Positions 27,503-37,256 of a DNA stretch of 64,000 bases are shown here, in pieces. Made by a program: the position numbers and the translations under genes. The DNA is from an uncultured Gemmatimonadales bacterium (lineage in GTDB: Bacteria; Gemmatimonadota; Gemmatimonadetes; Longimicrobiales; RSA9): NCBI GenBank assembly GCA_963816355.1, contig CAWFKH010000003.1:1600001-1664000 (forward strand). The letters run 5' to 3'. The notes beneath the pieces were generated by a model that did no database searches, was not told where the DNA came from, and saw nothing but the letters and a program-made list of their open reading frames with translations. How positions within the stretch are numbered: position 1 is the stretch's first letter; the number at the start of each line of letters is the position of its first letter.

Positions 27503-28228
27503 TCAGCCGTCCCCACCGGCCGGAATCGATTCGCGGTCGAGCAGCGACAGATAGGCGCGCACCAGCGGGTTCTCGGGGCTCTGCTGCCGCGCGTTCTCCC
27601 AGTGCAGGCGCGCCTGCTCGCGCTCGCCGCGGTGGTAGTGGACCAGTCCGAGATTGAGGCGCGCCGCGAGGAAGTGGGGATTGCCCTCGAGCACCGTTCG
27701 CAGCTCCGCTTCCGCGGCCTCACGGGAGCCCACGCGCAGAAGCGCCTCCGCGAGCTTGTTGCGGATGTCGTGGAACTCCGGCCGCAGTTCCAGCGCCTTG
27801 CGGTATTCCGCGATCGCTTCCTCCGCCGCGCCGGCGTCGAGGTAGAGGTCGCCGACGGCGAGCAGCGCGTTCGCGATGCGGGCCGACGCCGCCGCCGCAA
27901 AGCGGCCGCCCGCGAGGTTCTCGAAATGACTCGCGCGCTCGAAGGCGGCGCGCCCCTCGTCGAAGCGGGCCAGCTCGTTCAGCGTGATCGCGCGGTTGAG
28001 GAGCGCCTCGATGTAGCCGCCGTTCAGCGACAGCGCACGATCGAACTCCCGCAGCGCGTTGTCGGGCTGTCCGAGGAGGCTGAGGCAGAGGCCGGCGAGG
28101 TTGTGCAGGTCCGCGAACTCCGGATGTTCGTCGAGCACGGCGCGGAAGTCCGCGAGCGCGGCGACGTAGTCCCGTGCCTGGAAGGCGGCACGGCCACGCT
28201 CGATCAGCTGATGCAGCGAGAGGTCCAT
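27503..28228 (-). CDS. TPR-repeat protein (no signal peptide)
   Basis: Multiple TPRs (HPEFADLHNLAGLCL, AIAEYRKALELRPEFHDIRNKLA). Confidence 0.88.
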   Translation of the reverse strand: MDLSLHQLIERGRAAFQARDYVAALADFRAVLDEHPEFADLHNLAGLCLSLLGQPDNALREFDRALSLNGGYIEALLNRAITLNELARFDEGRAAFERASHFENLAGGRFAAAASARIANALLAVGDLYLDAGAAEEAIAEYRKALELRPEFHDIRNKLAEALLRVGSREAAEAELRTVLEGNPHFLAARLNLGLVHYHRGEREQARLHWENARQQSPENPLVRAYLSLLDRESIPAGGDG

Positions 28229-28299
28229 TGCACTTTCGTCGGCGACCGGTCAGCGGAGAATCGTAAGCCGTGGGCGGCCCCTCCGCCAGCCTGGCCGCT

Positions 28300-29082
28300 T
28301 CAGCGCAAGCGCCGCAGCAGGCGGCTCAGGATGCCGCCCGCTCCCGGCAGCGGAGGTACCGGCAGCGGCGTCTCGCCACGCGTCGCGCGTCGCGGATTCG
28401 CCTCGGTACACAGCCGCAACACCTGTTCGCCCCGCCGCTCCCGCAGGATCTCGCGCAGCGCCTTCACACCCGGCCGGCCGCGGGCGTGGTAGTCGGTCGC
28501 GATATAATGCCCCCACCCCCGCTCCAGGAGACGGAATGCCAGCTCTCTCGCCTCCGGGCCGTAGCGGCCGGCGAAGGAGCCGGCGTTCAGCTGCAGGTAG
28601 GCGCCGGCCGCCAGCCAGTCCCCGACGACGGCGAAGCGCGAGCCGAGCCCGCGGTATCGCTCGGGGTGGGCCAGGACCGGCAGCCAGCCGGCGGCCCGCA
28701 CGCGCGCCAGCAGTGCGCCGGAGTCCGGCGGTATCCGCATGAGCGGAAACTCGACGAGCACCAGCGGACCGCCGGCGAGGCGAAGCCGGTCGTCCGACAG
28801 ATCGACCGGCGCGTCCAGCATGACCTCCGCGCCGCGAAGCACCTCCAGGCCGGGAAACTCATCGCGCGCGATGCGTTCGAGCAGGCGCCACCCCGCGTCG
28901 ATCTCGTCGAAGCGCTCCCGCAGCACGTCCGGCGACGTCGTGTACATGCCGCGGACGTGGGGCGTCGCGACGATGCGAACCACCCCTTCCTGCCGCATCG
29001 CGGCGAGCGCGTGGCGCGTCTGGTCCAGGTCGCGGGCGCCGTCGTCGACCGCCGGCATCAGGTGGCAGTGCAGGTCGGTCAC
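28300..29082 (-). CDS. CpsB/CapC-type PHP-family tyrosine phosphatase
   Basis: DLHCHLMPAVDDGA, ATPH, LAHPERY, LQLNAGS, ATDYH. Confidence 0.9.
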   Translation of the reverse strand: MTDLHCHLMPAVDDGARDLDQTRHALAAMRQEGVVRIVATPHVRGMYTTSPDVLRERFDEIDAGWRLLERIARDEFPGLEVLRGAEVMLDAPVDLSDDRLRLAGGPLVLVEFPLMRIPPDSGALLARVRAAGWLPVLAHPERYRGLGSRFAVVGDWLAAGAYLQLNAGSFAGRYGPEARELAFRLLERGWGHYIATDYHARGRPGVKALREILRERRGEQVLRLCTEANPRRATRGETPLPVPPLPGAGGILSRLLRRLR

Positions 29083-30245
29083 GGCGCGCGCGCACCGAGC
29101 CGTTCCATCAGCACGTCCACGACGCGGACCGCGGCGCCGCCGTCCCACAGATCCGGACGCGCCGGCAGGCCGGCCGCCTCCACGCCCCGGCGGGAGGCGC
29201 CCGGCTGGCCGGACAGCACGGCATCGAGGGCCGCGAGCACGCGCTTCGGCTGCGTTCCGACGAGGCGGTTCGTCCCCTGCTCGAGGGTCACCGGACGCTC
29301 GGTGTTCTCACGCAGCGTCAGGCACGGCACGCCGAGCACCGTCGTCTCCTCCTGGATCCCACCGGAATCGGTGAGCACGACGCGGGACTCCGCCATCAAG
29401 GCGAGGAAATCGAGGTAGCCGAGCGGCTCCAGCAGCCGGATCCGGTCCGAGCCATGGAGACGCCTCGCCAGGCCCGTCGCCTCGAGACGCGCGCGCGTCC
29501 GCGGGTGCAGCGGCAGGACCACCGTGAGCCGCTGCGCCGCCCCTTCCAGGATCGCCACCGCGCGGCCCAGCGCCTCCGCGTCGTCCACGTTCGCCGGCCG
29601 GTGCAGCGTCACGACGGCGTATTCCCGCGGCTCGAGGCCGAGTCGACCCAGGATGCCGCTCTCCAGCGCTCGTTCACGGTGCCGCAGCAGCGTGTCGATC
29701 ATCACGTTGCCCACGAAGAAGACGCGACCCTCGTCCACGCCTTCGCGGCGAAGATTGTCCAGGGCGCTGCGTTCGGTGGCGAAGAGGAAGTCGGAGAGCT
29801 GGTCGGTGAGGATGCGGTTCAGCTCCTCGGGCATCGTCCGGTCGAAGCTGCGCAACCCCGCCTCCACGTGGGCCACGGGCAGGTGGAGCTTCGCGGCGAC
29901 GAGCGCGGCCGCCAGCGTCGAGTTCACGTCTCCGACGACGAGGACGACGTGAGGTTCGATGCGGAGAAGCAGCGGCTCCAGGGCCAGCATCACCCGCGCG
30001 GTCTGATCCGCGTGGCTGCCGGAGCCGACGCCGAGGTGGTGGTGCGGCCGCGGCATGCCGAGCTGCTCGAAGAAGAGCCCGGACATACGCTCGTCGTAGT
30101 GCTGCCCGGTGTGGATGAGCGTCGCGCTCACGCCCGGACGGGCGGCGAGCTCCTCCATCAGCGGCGCCATCTTCATGAGGTTCGGGCGCGCGCCCACGAT
30201 CGCCGCGACCCGCAGCCCCGCGTCGGCGCCGGCGGCCACGGGCAT
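29079..30245 (-). CDS. wecB: Non-hydrolysing UDP-GlcNAc 2-epimerase (WecB/WbpI-like)
   Basis: GARPN, HTGQHYD, HVEAGLRS, PEELNR, TDSGGIQEE, TERP. Confidence 0.93.
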   Translation of the reverse strand: MPVAAGADAGLRVAAIVGARPNLMKMAPLMEELAARPGVSATLIHTGQHYDERMSGLFFEQLGMPRPHHHLGVGSGSHADQTARVMLALEPLLLRIEPHVVLVVGDVNSTLAAALVAAKLHLPVAHVEAGLRSFDRTMPEELNRILTDQLSDFLFATERSALDNLRREGVDEGRVFFVGNVMIDTLLRHRERALESGILGRLGLEPREYAVVTLHRPANVDDAEALGRAVAILEGAAQRLTVVLPLHPRTRARLEATGLARRLHGSDRIRLLEPLGYLDFLALMAESRVVLTDSGGIQEETTVLGVPCLTLRENTERPVTLEQGTNRLVGTQPKRVLAALDAVLSGQPGASRRGVEAAGLPARPDLWDGGAAVRVVDVLMERLGARAP

Positions 30246-30247
30246 GC

Positions 30248-31642
30248 TCAGCGCGTCACCTCCGCCGTGCGCTCCGCCGCCGCTGCGCGCAGCCGCAGCG
30301 AGGCGCCGCTCAGCGTGACGATGCGGTCGGACTCGATGCCGCGCGTCGCGTTGCGCGTATCGACGACGAGCGGCGCCTCGGAGACCACCCGGCGGTAGTC
30401 GACGTCGGTGTGGTCGGTCGCGATGACGACGCAATCGCAGGCATGCAGGCGCGCGTCGTCGAGCGGCACGCTGCGGCGCTCCTCGCCGTCCTCCCGTACG
30501 ACCGCCACGTACGGGTCGTGGAATTCGACTTCCGCCCCGCGCTCCTCGAGCAGCCGGATCAGGTCGAGCGCCGGACTCTCGCGCAGATCGTCGATGTCCT
30601 TCTTGTACGCCACGCCGAGTACCAGGATGCGGCTGCCGCGCACGGACTTGCGATGCCAGTTCAGCGCATCCTGCACCTTGTCCACCACGAAGCGCGGCAT
30701 CTCGCTGTTGATCTCGCTCGCCTGTTCGATCATGCGCGTCTTGTAGGCGAGCGTCTTCATCTTCCACGACAGGTAGTGCGGATCCAGCGGAATGCAGTGG
30801 CCGCCGATGCCCGGACCCGGCGTGAAGCGCATGAAGCCGAACGGCTTCGTCGCCGCCGCGTCGATCACCTCCCAGATGTCGACGTCCAGCAGCGAGCACA
30901 CCTGCGCCATCTCGTTGACCATGGCGATGTTGACCGCCCGAAACGTGTTCTCCAGCAGCTTCGTCAACTCCGCCGACTCGGTCGACGAAACCGGCACCAC
31001 GTGCTCCATCACCCTCGAGTAGAGCGCCACGCCGACGTCGCGAGACGCCTCCTCCACGCCGCCGATCACCTTCGGCGTGTTCTGCACGTGCCACGTCGCG
31101 TTGCCAGGGTCGACGCGCTCCGGGCTGAAGCAGAGGAAGAAGTCCTCGCCACAGCGCAGCCCCGCCGCTTCCAGCCGCGGCAGCATCAGCTCCCGCGTCG
31201 TCCCCGGATAGGTGGTCGACTCGAGCACGACGAGCTGGCCGCGGCGCAGCGTGCGACCCACCGCCTCTGTCGCGGAAACGACGTAGGAGACGTCCGGATC
31301 GCGCGTCTTCGAGAGCGGCGTCGGCACGCACACCGAGATCGCGTCGCATTCGCCCAGACGCTCGAAATCCGTCGTGGCGGTGATGCGGCCGTCGGACGTG
31401 AATGCGGCGAGCGCGCTCGAAGGCACGTCCTTGATGTGGGAACGCCCCGCGTTGATGCCGTCCACGACGCCCTGCGCGACGTCGAAGCCGAGGACCCGGA
31501 AGCCCCCTTCGGCGAACGCCGTCGCGAGAGGCAACCCCACGTAGCCGAGACCGACGACGCCCACGAGTGCCTCGCGCCGCTCGATGCGCGTGAGTAGCTG
31601 CTGCTTGGTCGACACTGATCCGCTCCGCTGCTCAGAATCCAT
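30248..31642 (-). CDS. UDP-N-acetylhexosamine 6-dehydrogenase (WbpA-like)
   Basis: GLGYVGLPL, CVPTPL, LESTTYPGTT, SPERVDPGN, GGHCIPLDP. Confidence 0.92.
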   Translation of the reverse strand: MDSEQRSGSVSTKQQLLTRIERREALVGVVGLGYVGLPLATAFAEGGFRVLGFDVAQGVVDGINAGRSHIKDVPSSALAAFTSDGRITATTDFERLGECDAISVCVPTPLSKTRDPDVSYVVSATEAVGRTLRRGQLVVLESTTYPGTTRELMLPRLEAAGLRCGEDFFLCFSPERVDPGNATWHVQNTPKVIGGVEEASRDVGVALYSRVMEHVVPVSSTESAELTKLLENTFRAVNIAMVNEMAQVCSLLDVDIWEVIDAAATKPFGFMRFTPGPGIGGHCIPLDPHYLSWKMKTLAYKTRMIEQASEINSEMPRFVVDKVQDALNWHRKSVRGSRILVLGVAYKKDIDDLRESPALDLIRLLEERGAEVEFHDPYVAVVREDGEERRSVPLDDARLHACDCVVIATDHTDVDYRRVVSEAPLVVDTRNATRGIESDRIVTLSGASLRLRAAAAERTAEVTR

Positions 31643-31719
31643 GGTTGTTCGTCGTCGCGGTCCGCACGAACCCGTGCGCCGCCCGCGCGCCACGCTTCCG
31701 TCTTCCCGCGCGCTCCCGC

Positions 31720-33180
31720 CTACGCCTCGCGATAGTGATTCGCCAGCGCGCGCACGAGGCCCGGCACCGTGTGCTCCGCCGCCTGGACGTCGACGCGCAG
31801 TCCCAGCTCCCGGGCGGTGCCTGCGGTGATCGGGCCGATCGCCGCGACCGCGGCCGAGCCCACCTCGGCTCCGACCGCGTCCACGTAGTTGCGGACCGTC
31901 GACGACGACGTGAACGTCACCGCGTCGATCTCGCCCGCGCGCAGTCGGCGCCGGATCTCCGCGCCGCCTTCCGTGTCCGCGACCGTACGATACGCCTCCA
32001 CCTCCTCCACCTGCGCGCCGCGCCGTGCCAGACCCACCGGAAGCACCTCGCGGGCGGCCGCGGCACGCGGTAGCAAGATCCGCGCGCCGTCCAGATCCGT
32101 CGCCCCGGCCAGCGCGGCCTCGACCGCCTCGGCCACGTACGTCTCCGGCACGAGGTCCGGCCGCACCCCGCGCAGCTCGCACGCGGCGGCGGTCGCCGGC
32201 CCGATGCAGGCGACCTGGACGCCACCCAGCGCGCGCGCGTCGTGACCCACCTGCTCGAGCGCCGCCCAGAAGCGGTCCACGCCGTTCACGCTCGTGAAGA
32301 TCACCCAGTCGAAGAAGGCAATGTCGCGGACCGCCTCGAGAAGCGGCTGCGCGTTCTCGGGCGGAGCGATGCGGATCGTGGGGAAAAGGACCGGCTCGGC
32401 GCCCAGCGCCTCCAGCGCGTCCGCGAGCGCCGCCGCCTGCGCGCGCGCCCGCGTCACCAGCACCCGGCGCCCGAACAGCGGCCTCCGCTCGAACCAGTCC
32501 AGGCGCCGCCGCAACCGCACGACGTCACCCACCACCACCAGCGCGGGCCGGGTCACCGTCTCGTCCGCGACCGTCAACGCGATGTCCGCGAGCGAACCGA
32601 CGATCGTGCGCTGGCGCGCACCGGTCGCGCATTCGATCACTGCCACCGGCGTGTCCGGCGGCCGCCCTTCCGCGGTCAGGCGCTCCGCCAGCGCCGCCAG
32701 GCGGCCGAGCGCCATGAACGCGACCAGTGTCGCCGCGGGACCCGCCCTCCCCTCATCGTGGGCGTCCTCGAAGATCAGGGAGGAGCCGGCGTCGGCGTGC
32801 GTCACCGGGATCCCCGCGTACGCCGGACCCGCGATCCCCGCCGTCACACCGGAGACCACCTCGAACTCCAGACCCGCGTCCCGCAGCGCCAGCGCCTCCT
32901 CCGCGCCGCGGCCGAAGACGAACGGATCGCCCACCTTGAGCCGGACCACCACCTCCGCACTCCGACCCGCGGCGATAAGCGCCTGCGTCACGTCCTCCTG
33001 CGTGGGACAGTCCCGCCCGACGCTCAGCCGCTCCGCGTCCGGCCGCAGCAGAGACAGCGTGCGCTCGGCGATGTCGGGATCGTGGACGACCACGTCCGCC
33101 CGCGCCAGCAGCTCCGCCGCGCGCAACGTCAGCAGCCCCGGATCGCCGGGACCCGCCCCCACCAGAAAGACCGTTCCCAT
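31720..33180 (-). CDS. hemD: Fused uroporphyrinogen-III C-methyltransferase / uroporphyrinogen-III synthase (CobA-HemD)
   Basis: VGAGPGDPGLLT, GDPFVFGRG; then LFGRRVLVTR, FTSVNGV, FTSSSTV, IGPITA. Confidence 0.92.
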   Translation of the reverse strand: MGTVFLVGAGPGDPGLLTLRAAELLARADVVVHDPDIAERTLSLLRPDAERLSVGRDCPTQEDVTQALIAAGRSAEVVVRLKVGDPFVFGRGAEEALALRDAGLEFEVVSGVTAGIAGPAYAGIPVTHADAGSSLIFEDAHDEGRAGPAATLVAFMALGRLAALAERLTAEGRPPDTPVAVIECATGARQRTIVGSLADIALTVADETVTRPALVVVGDVVRLRRRLDWFERRPLFGRRVLVTRARAQAAALADALEALGAEPVLFPTIRIAPPENAQPLLEAVRDIAFFDWVIFTSVNGVDRFWAALEQVGHDARALGGVQVACIGPATAAACELRGVRPDLVPETYVAEAVEAALAGATDLDGARILLPRAAAAREVLPVGLARRGAQVEEVEAYRTVADTEGGAEIRRRLRAGEIDAVTFTSSSTVRNYVDAVGAEVGSAAVAAIGPITAGTARELGLRVDVQAAEHTVPGLVRALANHYREA

Positions 33181-33188
33181 CGTGCGCC

Positions 33189-33217
33189 AACATAGGACCC
33201 ACCGGTACGGGCGGAAA
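33189..33217 (-). promoter_or_regulatory. Putative sigma70 promoter giving a leaderless or near-leaderless cobA-hemD mRNA
   Basis: TTTCCG-N17-TATGTT, 8 nt before the ATG; no SD. Confidence 0.5.
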
Positions 33218-33225
33218 GCCGCCGC

Positions 33226-33264
33226 AAAAAGGAGCGCCCGGCGCGGTTCCGCGCCGGGCGCTCC
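33226..33264 (-). terminator. Intrinsic terminator after rpmB
   Basis: GGAGCGCCCGGCGCGG-AA-CCGCGCCGGGCGCTCC perfect inverted repeat followed by TTTTT. Confidence 0.9.
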
Positions 33265-33285
33265 ATCGCCGCAGCGGCCCCCGGC

Positions 33286-33495
33286 TCATCCCTCGCCGAT
33301 CGGCCCCGCCTTCCGGATCTTGTTCGCGGAGATGCAGCGCGTGCACACTCGAACGTGCTTGCGCTCGCCGTCCCGGTCCACGATGTGGACGCGGCGCAGG
33401 TTCGGGTACCAGCGCCGCCGCGTCTTGTTGTTGGCGTGGCTGACGTTGTTTCCAAACGCCGTACTCTTCCCGCAAACGTGACACACCTTCGACAT
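33286..33495 (-). CDS. rpmB: 50S ribosomal protein L28
   Basis: [34 protein letters not shown]. Confidence 0.96.
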   Translation of the reverse strand: MSKVCHVCGKSTAFGNNVSHANNKTRRRWYPNLRRVHIVDRDGERKHVRVCTRCISANKIRKAGPIGEG

Positions 33496-33497
33496 GT

Positions 33498-34073
33498 CTA
33501 CTCCCCCGGATTCTGCGGCTGAGACGCCGAACCGGCCGCGGCGTTCGAGACCAGGGCGCGATGCGCGGCGAAGAACGCGTTCGCGAACGAAGCCTCGTCG
33601 CGCTGGCCTGCCTGGATCGCGCCGCTCTGTTCCCACGCCGTCAGGACCGAGTCCTTCATCGGAAACACCGTGCCTGTCACGGTAACCCTCGCGCCCGCCT
33701 TGAGCGGCGCGCCCCGGGCGGCGCCGGCGCTGTCCAGCTTGATCAGGAACGGGACCTGGTTCGGAAGCTGGATCCAGAACGCCTCCGTTCCCAGCATGCT
33801 CGCGACCTCCAGGCCGGTCAGCCGGATCGTCTGCCCCTCGTACCCGGTCGGATTCGTCGCGAATTCACCGACCGGCACCGCGGTCGCCGAAGCCTCCTCC
33901 GAGGCCGCCGCCGAATCCGCCGCCGTACCACCCTCGGCGACCTTCACCTGCGTCGGCTGGGCGGCGTTCCCGAGCCACCACAGGAATGCCACGATCGCCA
34001 CCACGGCGACCCCCGCCAGCACCCACTGCGCGCCGGGCCTCTGCCCCTCTCGCTCGCCTCGATTGTCGGCCAT
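33498..34073 (-). CDS. Hypothetical single-pass membrane protein, possible OB-like beta domain
   Basis: One TM ([18 protein letters not shown]), Ala/Ser linker, [11 protein letters not shown] and [10 protein letters not shown] strands; fills the rplQ-rpmB gap with 6-nt and 2-nt spacers. Confidence 0.8.
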   Translation of the reverse strand: MADNRGEREGQRPGAQWVLAGVAVVAIVAFLWWLGNAAQPTQVKVAEGGTAADSAAASEEASATAVPVGEFATNPTGYEGQTIRLTGLEVASMLGTEAFWIQLPNQVPFLIKLDSAGAARGAPLKAGARVTVTGTVFPMKDSVLTAWEQSGAIQAGQRDEASFANAFFAAHRALVSNAAAGSASQPQNPGE

Positions 34074-34079
34074 GGTCCC

Positions 34080-34433
34080 CTAGTGGACGAGTTCGATGAT
34101 CGCCATTTCCGCGGCATCACCCGCGCGATGCCCCAACCGCAGCACCCGCGTGTAGCCACCCGGCCGCTCCGCGTACCGCGGACCGATCTCCGTGAACAGC
34201 TTCGCCAGCGCATCGTCGTCGCGGATCACGCGCGCGACCACCCGCCGCGCGTGCAGGTCGCCCCGCCGTGCCTTCGTGATCAGCGGCTCGACGAACTGGC
34301 GCAGCTCCTTCGCCTTCTCGACCGTCGTCTCGATACGATCGTGCAGAAGGAGGGACGTGGCGAGATTGCGCATCATCAGGCGCCGGTGCTCCGACGTCCG
34401 GTTGAAGCGCCGCCCCTTCGTCCGGTGCCTCAT
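34080..34433 (-). CDS. rplQ: 50S ribosomal protein L17
   Basis: [30 protein letters not shown]. Confidence 0.98.
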   Translation of the reverse strand: MRHRTKGRRFNRTSEHRRLMMRNLATSLLLHDRIETTVEKAKELRQFVEPLITKARRGDLHARRVVARVIRDDDALAKLFTEIGPRYAERPGGYTRVLRLGHRAGDAAEMAIIELVH

Positions 34434-35494
34434 TCCTCCTCCTCGTCCCCGGACTCGACCACCTCCGCCTGCTCCACGCCGGCGCTGTCCACCATGTACA
34501 GCTCACCGTCCTCGCCCTCCTCCAGCGTGATGCCGAAGTGCAGCTCGTGCTGGGCGAGGAACTGCCGGATCTCCTCCAGCGACTTGACGCCGAAATTCTC
34601 GATGTTCAGCATCTGGTCCTCCGACTTCTGGACCAGGTCGCCGAGCGTGATGATGTTCTCCTTCTTCAGCGAGTTCACCGACCGCACCGAAAGCTCCGCC
34701 AGATCGTCGATGTTGCGCTGGAACAGGTCGCGCAGCTGCAGCGGCACCCGCACCGCCCCCGGCAGCGGCGCCTGCTGCCGCCCCGCCTCGCTGAAACGCA
34801 GCATGTACTCGAGGTGGCGCCGCGCGAGTTCGGCGGCGTGCGCCACCGCGTCGTCCGGCGTCATGCTGCCGTTCGTCTCCACCAGGATCGTCAGCCGGTC
34901 GAAGTCCGTACGCTGCCCCACGCGCGTCTCGTCCACCGTGAAGTTGGCCCGCAGCACCGGGTTGTAGATCGAGTCGATCCGCACCAGGTCCACCGAGCTC
35001 TCCTTCTTCAGCGCGTGCTGCTCCGCCTGCACGAACCCCCGGCCCCGGTTCACGAAGAGCGAGATGTTCACCTCGCGATCATCCTGCAGCGTGAACAGGT
35101 GGTGGTCCTTGCCGATGATCGTGACCGGCCCCGTCTTCTCGATCGCTTCCGCCGTCACCGGCCCGGCCGCGTCGACGCGGAACTCCAGCGTCGCTTCCTC
35201 GACGCCATCGTCCAGCGACAGGACCAGCGTCTTCAGGTTCTGGATGATCTGGTGCACGTCCTCGACGACGCCTTCGACGGTCTGGTGCTCGTGCACCACG
35301 CCGTCCATGCGGAACGCCCACACCGCCGCACCCGGCAGCGAAGAGAGCAGAATGCGTCGCACCGAGTTGCCCAGCGTCTGTCCGAATCCGCGCTCCAGCG
35401 GCGCGATGACGAACTGCGCGGTGCGCTCGTCGTCCGAGCGTTCGGCCACCTCGACGCGCTGAGGCAGCACCAGACCGGTGAGATCTAGCTCCAC
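34430..35494 (-). CDS. rpoA: RNA polymerase alpha subunit
   Basis: [58 protein letters not shown]. Confidence 0.98.
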   Translation of the reverse strand: MELDLTGLVLPQRVEVAERSDDERTAQFVIAPLERGFGQTLGNSVRRILLSSLPGAAVWAFRMDGVVHEHQTVEGVVEDVHQIIQNLKTLVLSLDDGVEEATLEFRVDAAGPVTAEAIEKTGPVTIIGKDHHLFTLQDDREVNISLFVNRGRGFVQAEQHALKKESSVDLVRIDSIYNPVLRANFTVDETRVGQRTDFDRLTILVETNGSMTPDDAVAHAAELARRHLEYMLRFSEAGRQQAPLPGAVRVPLQLRDLFQRNIDDLAELSVRSVNSLKKENIITLGDLVQKSEDQMLNIENFGVKSLEEIRQFLAQHELHFGITLEEGEDGELYMVDSAGVEQAEVVESGDEEEE

Positions 35495-35543
35495 GGTATT
35501 CCCTCCCCGGCTCGCGACCGGCTCGTGTCCAATGGGATTCGGC

Positions 35544-36179
35544 CTACTTCGAATACAACTCCACGATCAGCTGCTCCTGCACCGCGAGCGGAATGTCCCC
35601 GCGCGACGGCGTCTCGAGCATCCGACCGATCCGGTTCGATTCGTCCACCGCCAGCCACTTCACCGTGTCCGGCCGCGTCCTCGACTCCAGTGCCGCCTGC
35701 ACCGGCAGCAGGTCCTTCGACTTCTCGCGGATGCGCACCTCGTCGCCCGCCGACACCACGTAGCTCGGCACGTCCACCGTCCGCCCGTTCACCTGCACGT
35801 GCCCGTGCCGCACGATCTGCCGCGACTGCGCGCGGCTCGCCGCGAAGCCCAGGCGATAGACGATGTTGTCCAGCCGGATCTCCAGGCTCCGTAGCAGGTT
35901 CTCGCCCGTGATCCCCGGCTGGTGCGCCGCTCGATCGAAGAGGTTCTTGAAGTACCGCTCGGATACGCCGTAGATCCGCTTCACCTTCTGCTTCTCGCGG
36001 AGCTGCAACGCGTACTCGGAGTTCTTGCGGCGGCGCGACTGCGCGGCGCCGTGCTGACCCGGCGGATAGTTCCGCCGCTCCACGGGACACTTCTCCGTGT
36101 AGCATTTCGTGCCCTTCAAGAAGAGCTTCTGCCCCTCCCGGCGGCACAGTCTACAGACCGGTCCAGTATGGCGTGCCAC
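35544..36179 (-). CDS. rpsD: 30S ribosomal protein S4
   Basis: CRLCRREGQKLFLKG, PPGQHG, QLREKQK, LIVELYSK. Confidence 0.98.
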   Translation of the reverse strand: MARHTGPVCRLCRREGQKLFLKGTKCYTEKCPVERRNYPPGQHGAAQSRRRKNSEYALQLREKQKVKRIYGVSERYFKNLFDRAAHQPGITGENLLRSLEIRLDNIVYRLGFAASRAQSRQIVRHGHVQVNGRTVDVPSYVVSAGDEVRIREKSKDLLPVQAALESRTRPDTVKWLAVDESNRIGRMLETPSRGDIPLAVQEQLIVELYSK

Positions 36180-36284
36180 GTTACCGTCTTCTCCCCGCTG
36201 CGGTGGTGCCCTTGCTTCCGCGCGCTTCCTCCCGCCCGACGGTGGTGCGGTTTACGCGCGCGGAGCGCCTCTTCCTCAAATTCC

Positions 36285-36677
36285 TCAGACCCTTCGCTTC
36301 TTCGGCGGCCGACACCCGTTGTGCGGAATCGGCGTCACGTCCTTGATCGACTTGACGCTCAGGCCCGCCGCCGCCAGAGCCTGGATCGCCGGCTCGCGCC
36401 CGCTGCCCGGACCCTGCAACTCCACGTGTACCCGCCGTACGCCCAGGTTCACCGCCTCGCGGCCCACCTGCTCCGCAGCCACGGTCGCCGCGAACGGCGT
36501 CGACTTCTTCGAGCCCTTGAAGCCCGCCTTGCCGGCGCTGCCCCACACCAGGACGTTGCCCTGCATGTCGCTGACCGTGATCAGCGTGTTGTTGAACGTC
36601 GCCTTGATGTGAGCGATCCCCTCCGCATCGACGTTCTTGCGGGTTCGCTTCGTCCGGCCCTTCTTCGGATTCGCCAT
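36285..36677 (-). CDS. rpsK: 30S ribosomal protein S11
   Basis: [30 protein letters not shown]. Confidence 0.98.
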   Translation of the reverse strand: MANPKKGRTKRTRKNVDAEGIAHIKATFNNTLITVSDMQGNVLVWGSAGKAGFKGSKKSTPFAATVAAEQVGREAVNLGVRRVHVELQGPGSGREPAIQALAAAGLSVKSIKDVTPIPHNGCRPPKKRRV

Positions 36678-36689
36678 CCGCTCGACCCG

Positions 36690-37070
36690 TTATTTCTTGG
36701 GAGCCTTCTTCTTGCCCGCGATCGCACGCCGCGGACCCTTGTGCGTACGCGCGTTCGTATGCGTACGCTGCCCGCGCACCGGCAGCCCGCGCCGATGACG
36801 CAGTCCCCGATAGCAGCCGATGTCCATCAATCGCTTGATGTTCATCGACACCTCCGTGCGCAGCGAACCCTCCACCTTGTACTGGTTCTCGATCACGCGC
36901 CGGAGGCGGTTCACCTCGTCGTCCGCCAGGTCGTGGACGCGACGATCCGGGTCCACGCCCGTCGTCTTCAGGATCTTCCGCGCCGTCGAGTCGCCGATGC
37001 CGAAGATGTAGGTCAGCGCCACCTCGATCCGCTTGTTCCGGGGAAGGTCGACACCCGCGATGCGCGCCAT
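36690..37070 (-). CDS. rpsM: 30S ribosomal protein S13
   Basis: [33 protein letters not shown]. Confidence 0.98.
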   Translation of the reverse strand: MARIAGVDLPRNKRIEVALTYIFGIGDSTARKILKTTGVDPDRRVHDLADDEVNRLRRVIENQYKVEGSLRTEVSMNIKRLMDIGCYRGLRHRRGLPVRGQRTHTNARTHKGPRRAIAGKKKAPKK

Positions 37071-37074
37071 GCCG

Positions 37075-37191
37075 CTACCCCTGCCGTTGCTTGTGGCGGG
37101 GATTGCGCTTGCAGATGACCCGCACGACGCCACGTCGGCGGATCACCTTGCAGTGTTCACAGATCGGTTTGACGCTGCTGCGGACCTTCAT
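37075..37191 (-). CDS. rpmJ: 50S ribosomal protein L36 (not in ORF track)
   Basis: Manual translation [45 protein letters not shown]. Confidence 0.97.
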   Translation of the reverse strand: MKVRSSVKPICEHCKVIRRRGVVRVICKRNPRHKQRQG

Positions 37192-37227
37192 CGTCGGACC
37201 CTCCGCGAGTTTATCGAACAGCTTTTC

Positions 37228-37256
37228 AATATATCAGCCCATCCCGCGCTCTTCAA
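37228..37256 (-). promoter_or_regulatory. sigma70 promoter of the rpmJ-alpha operon
   Basis: TTGAAG-N17-TATATT with extended -10 TG, in an AT-rich patch. Confidence 0.75.
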
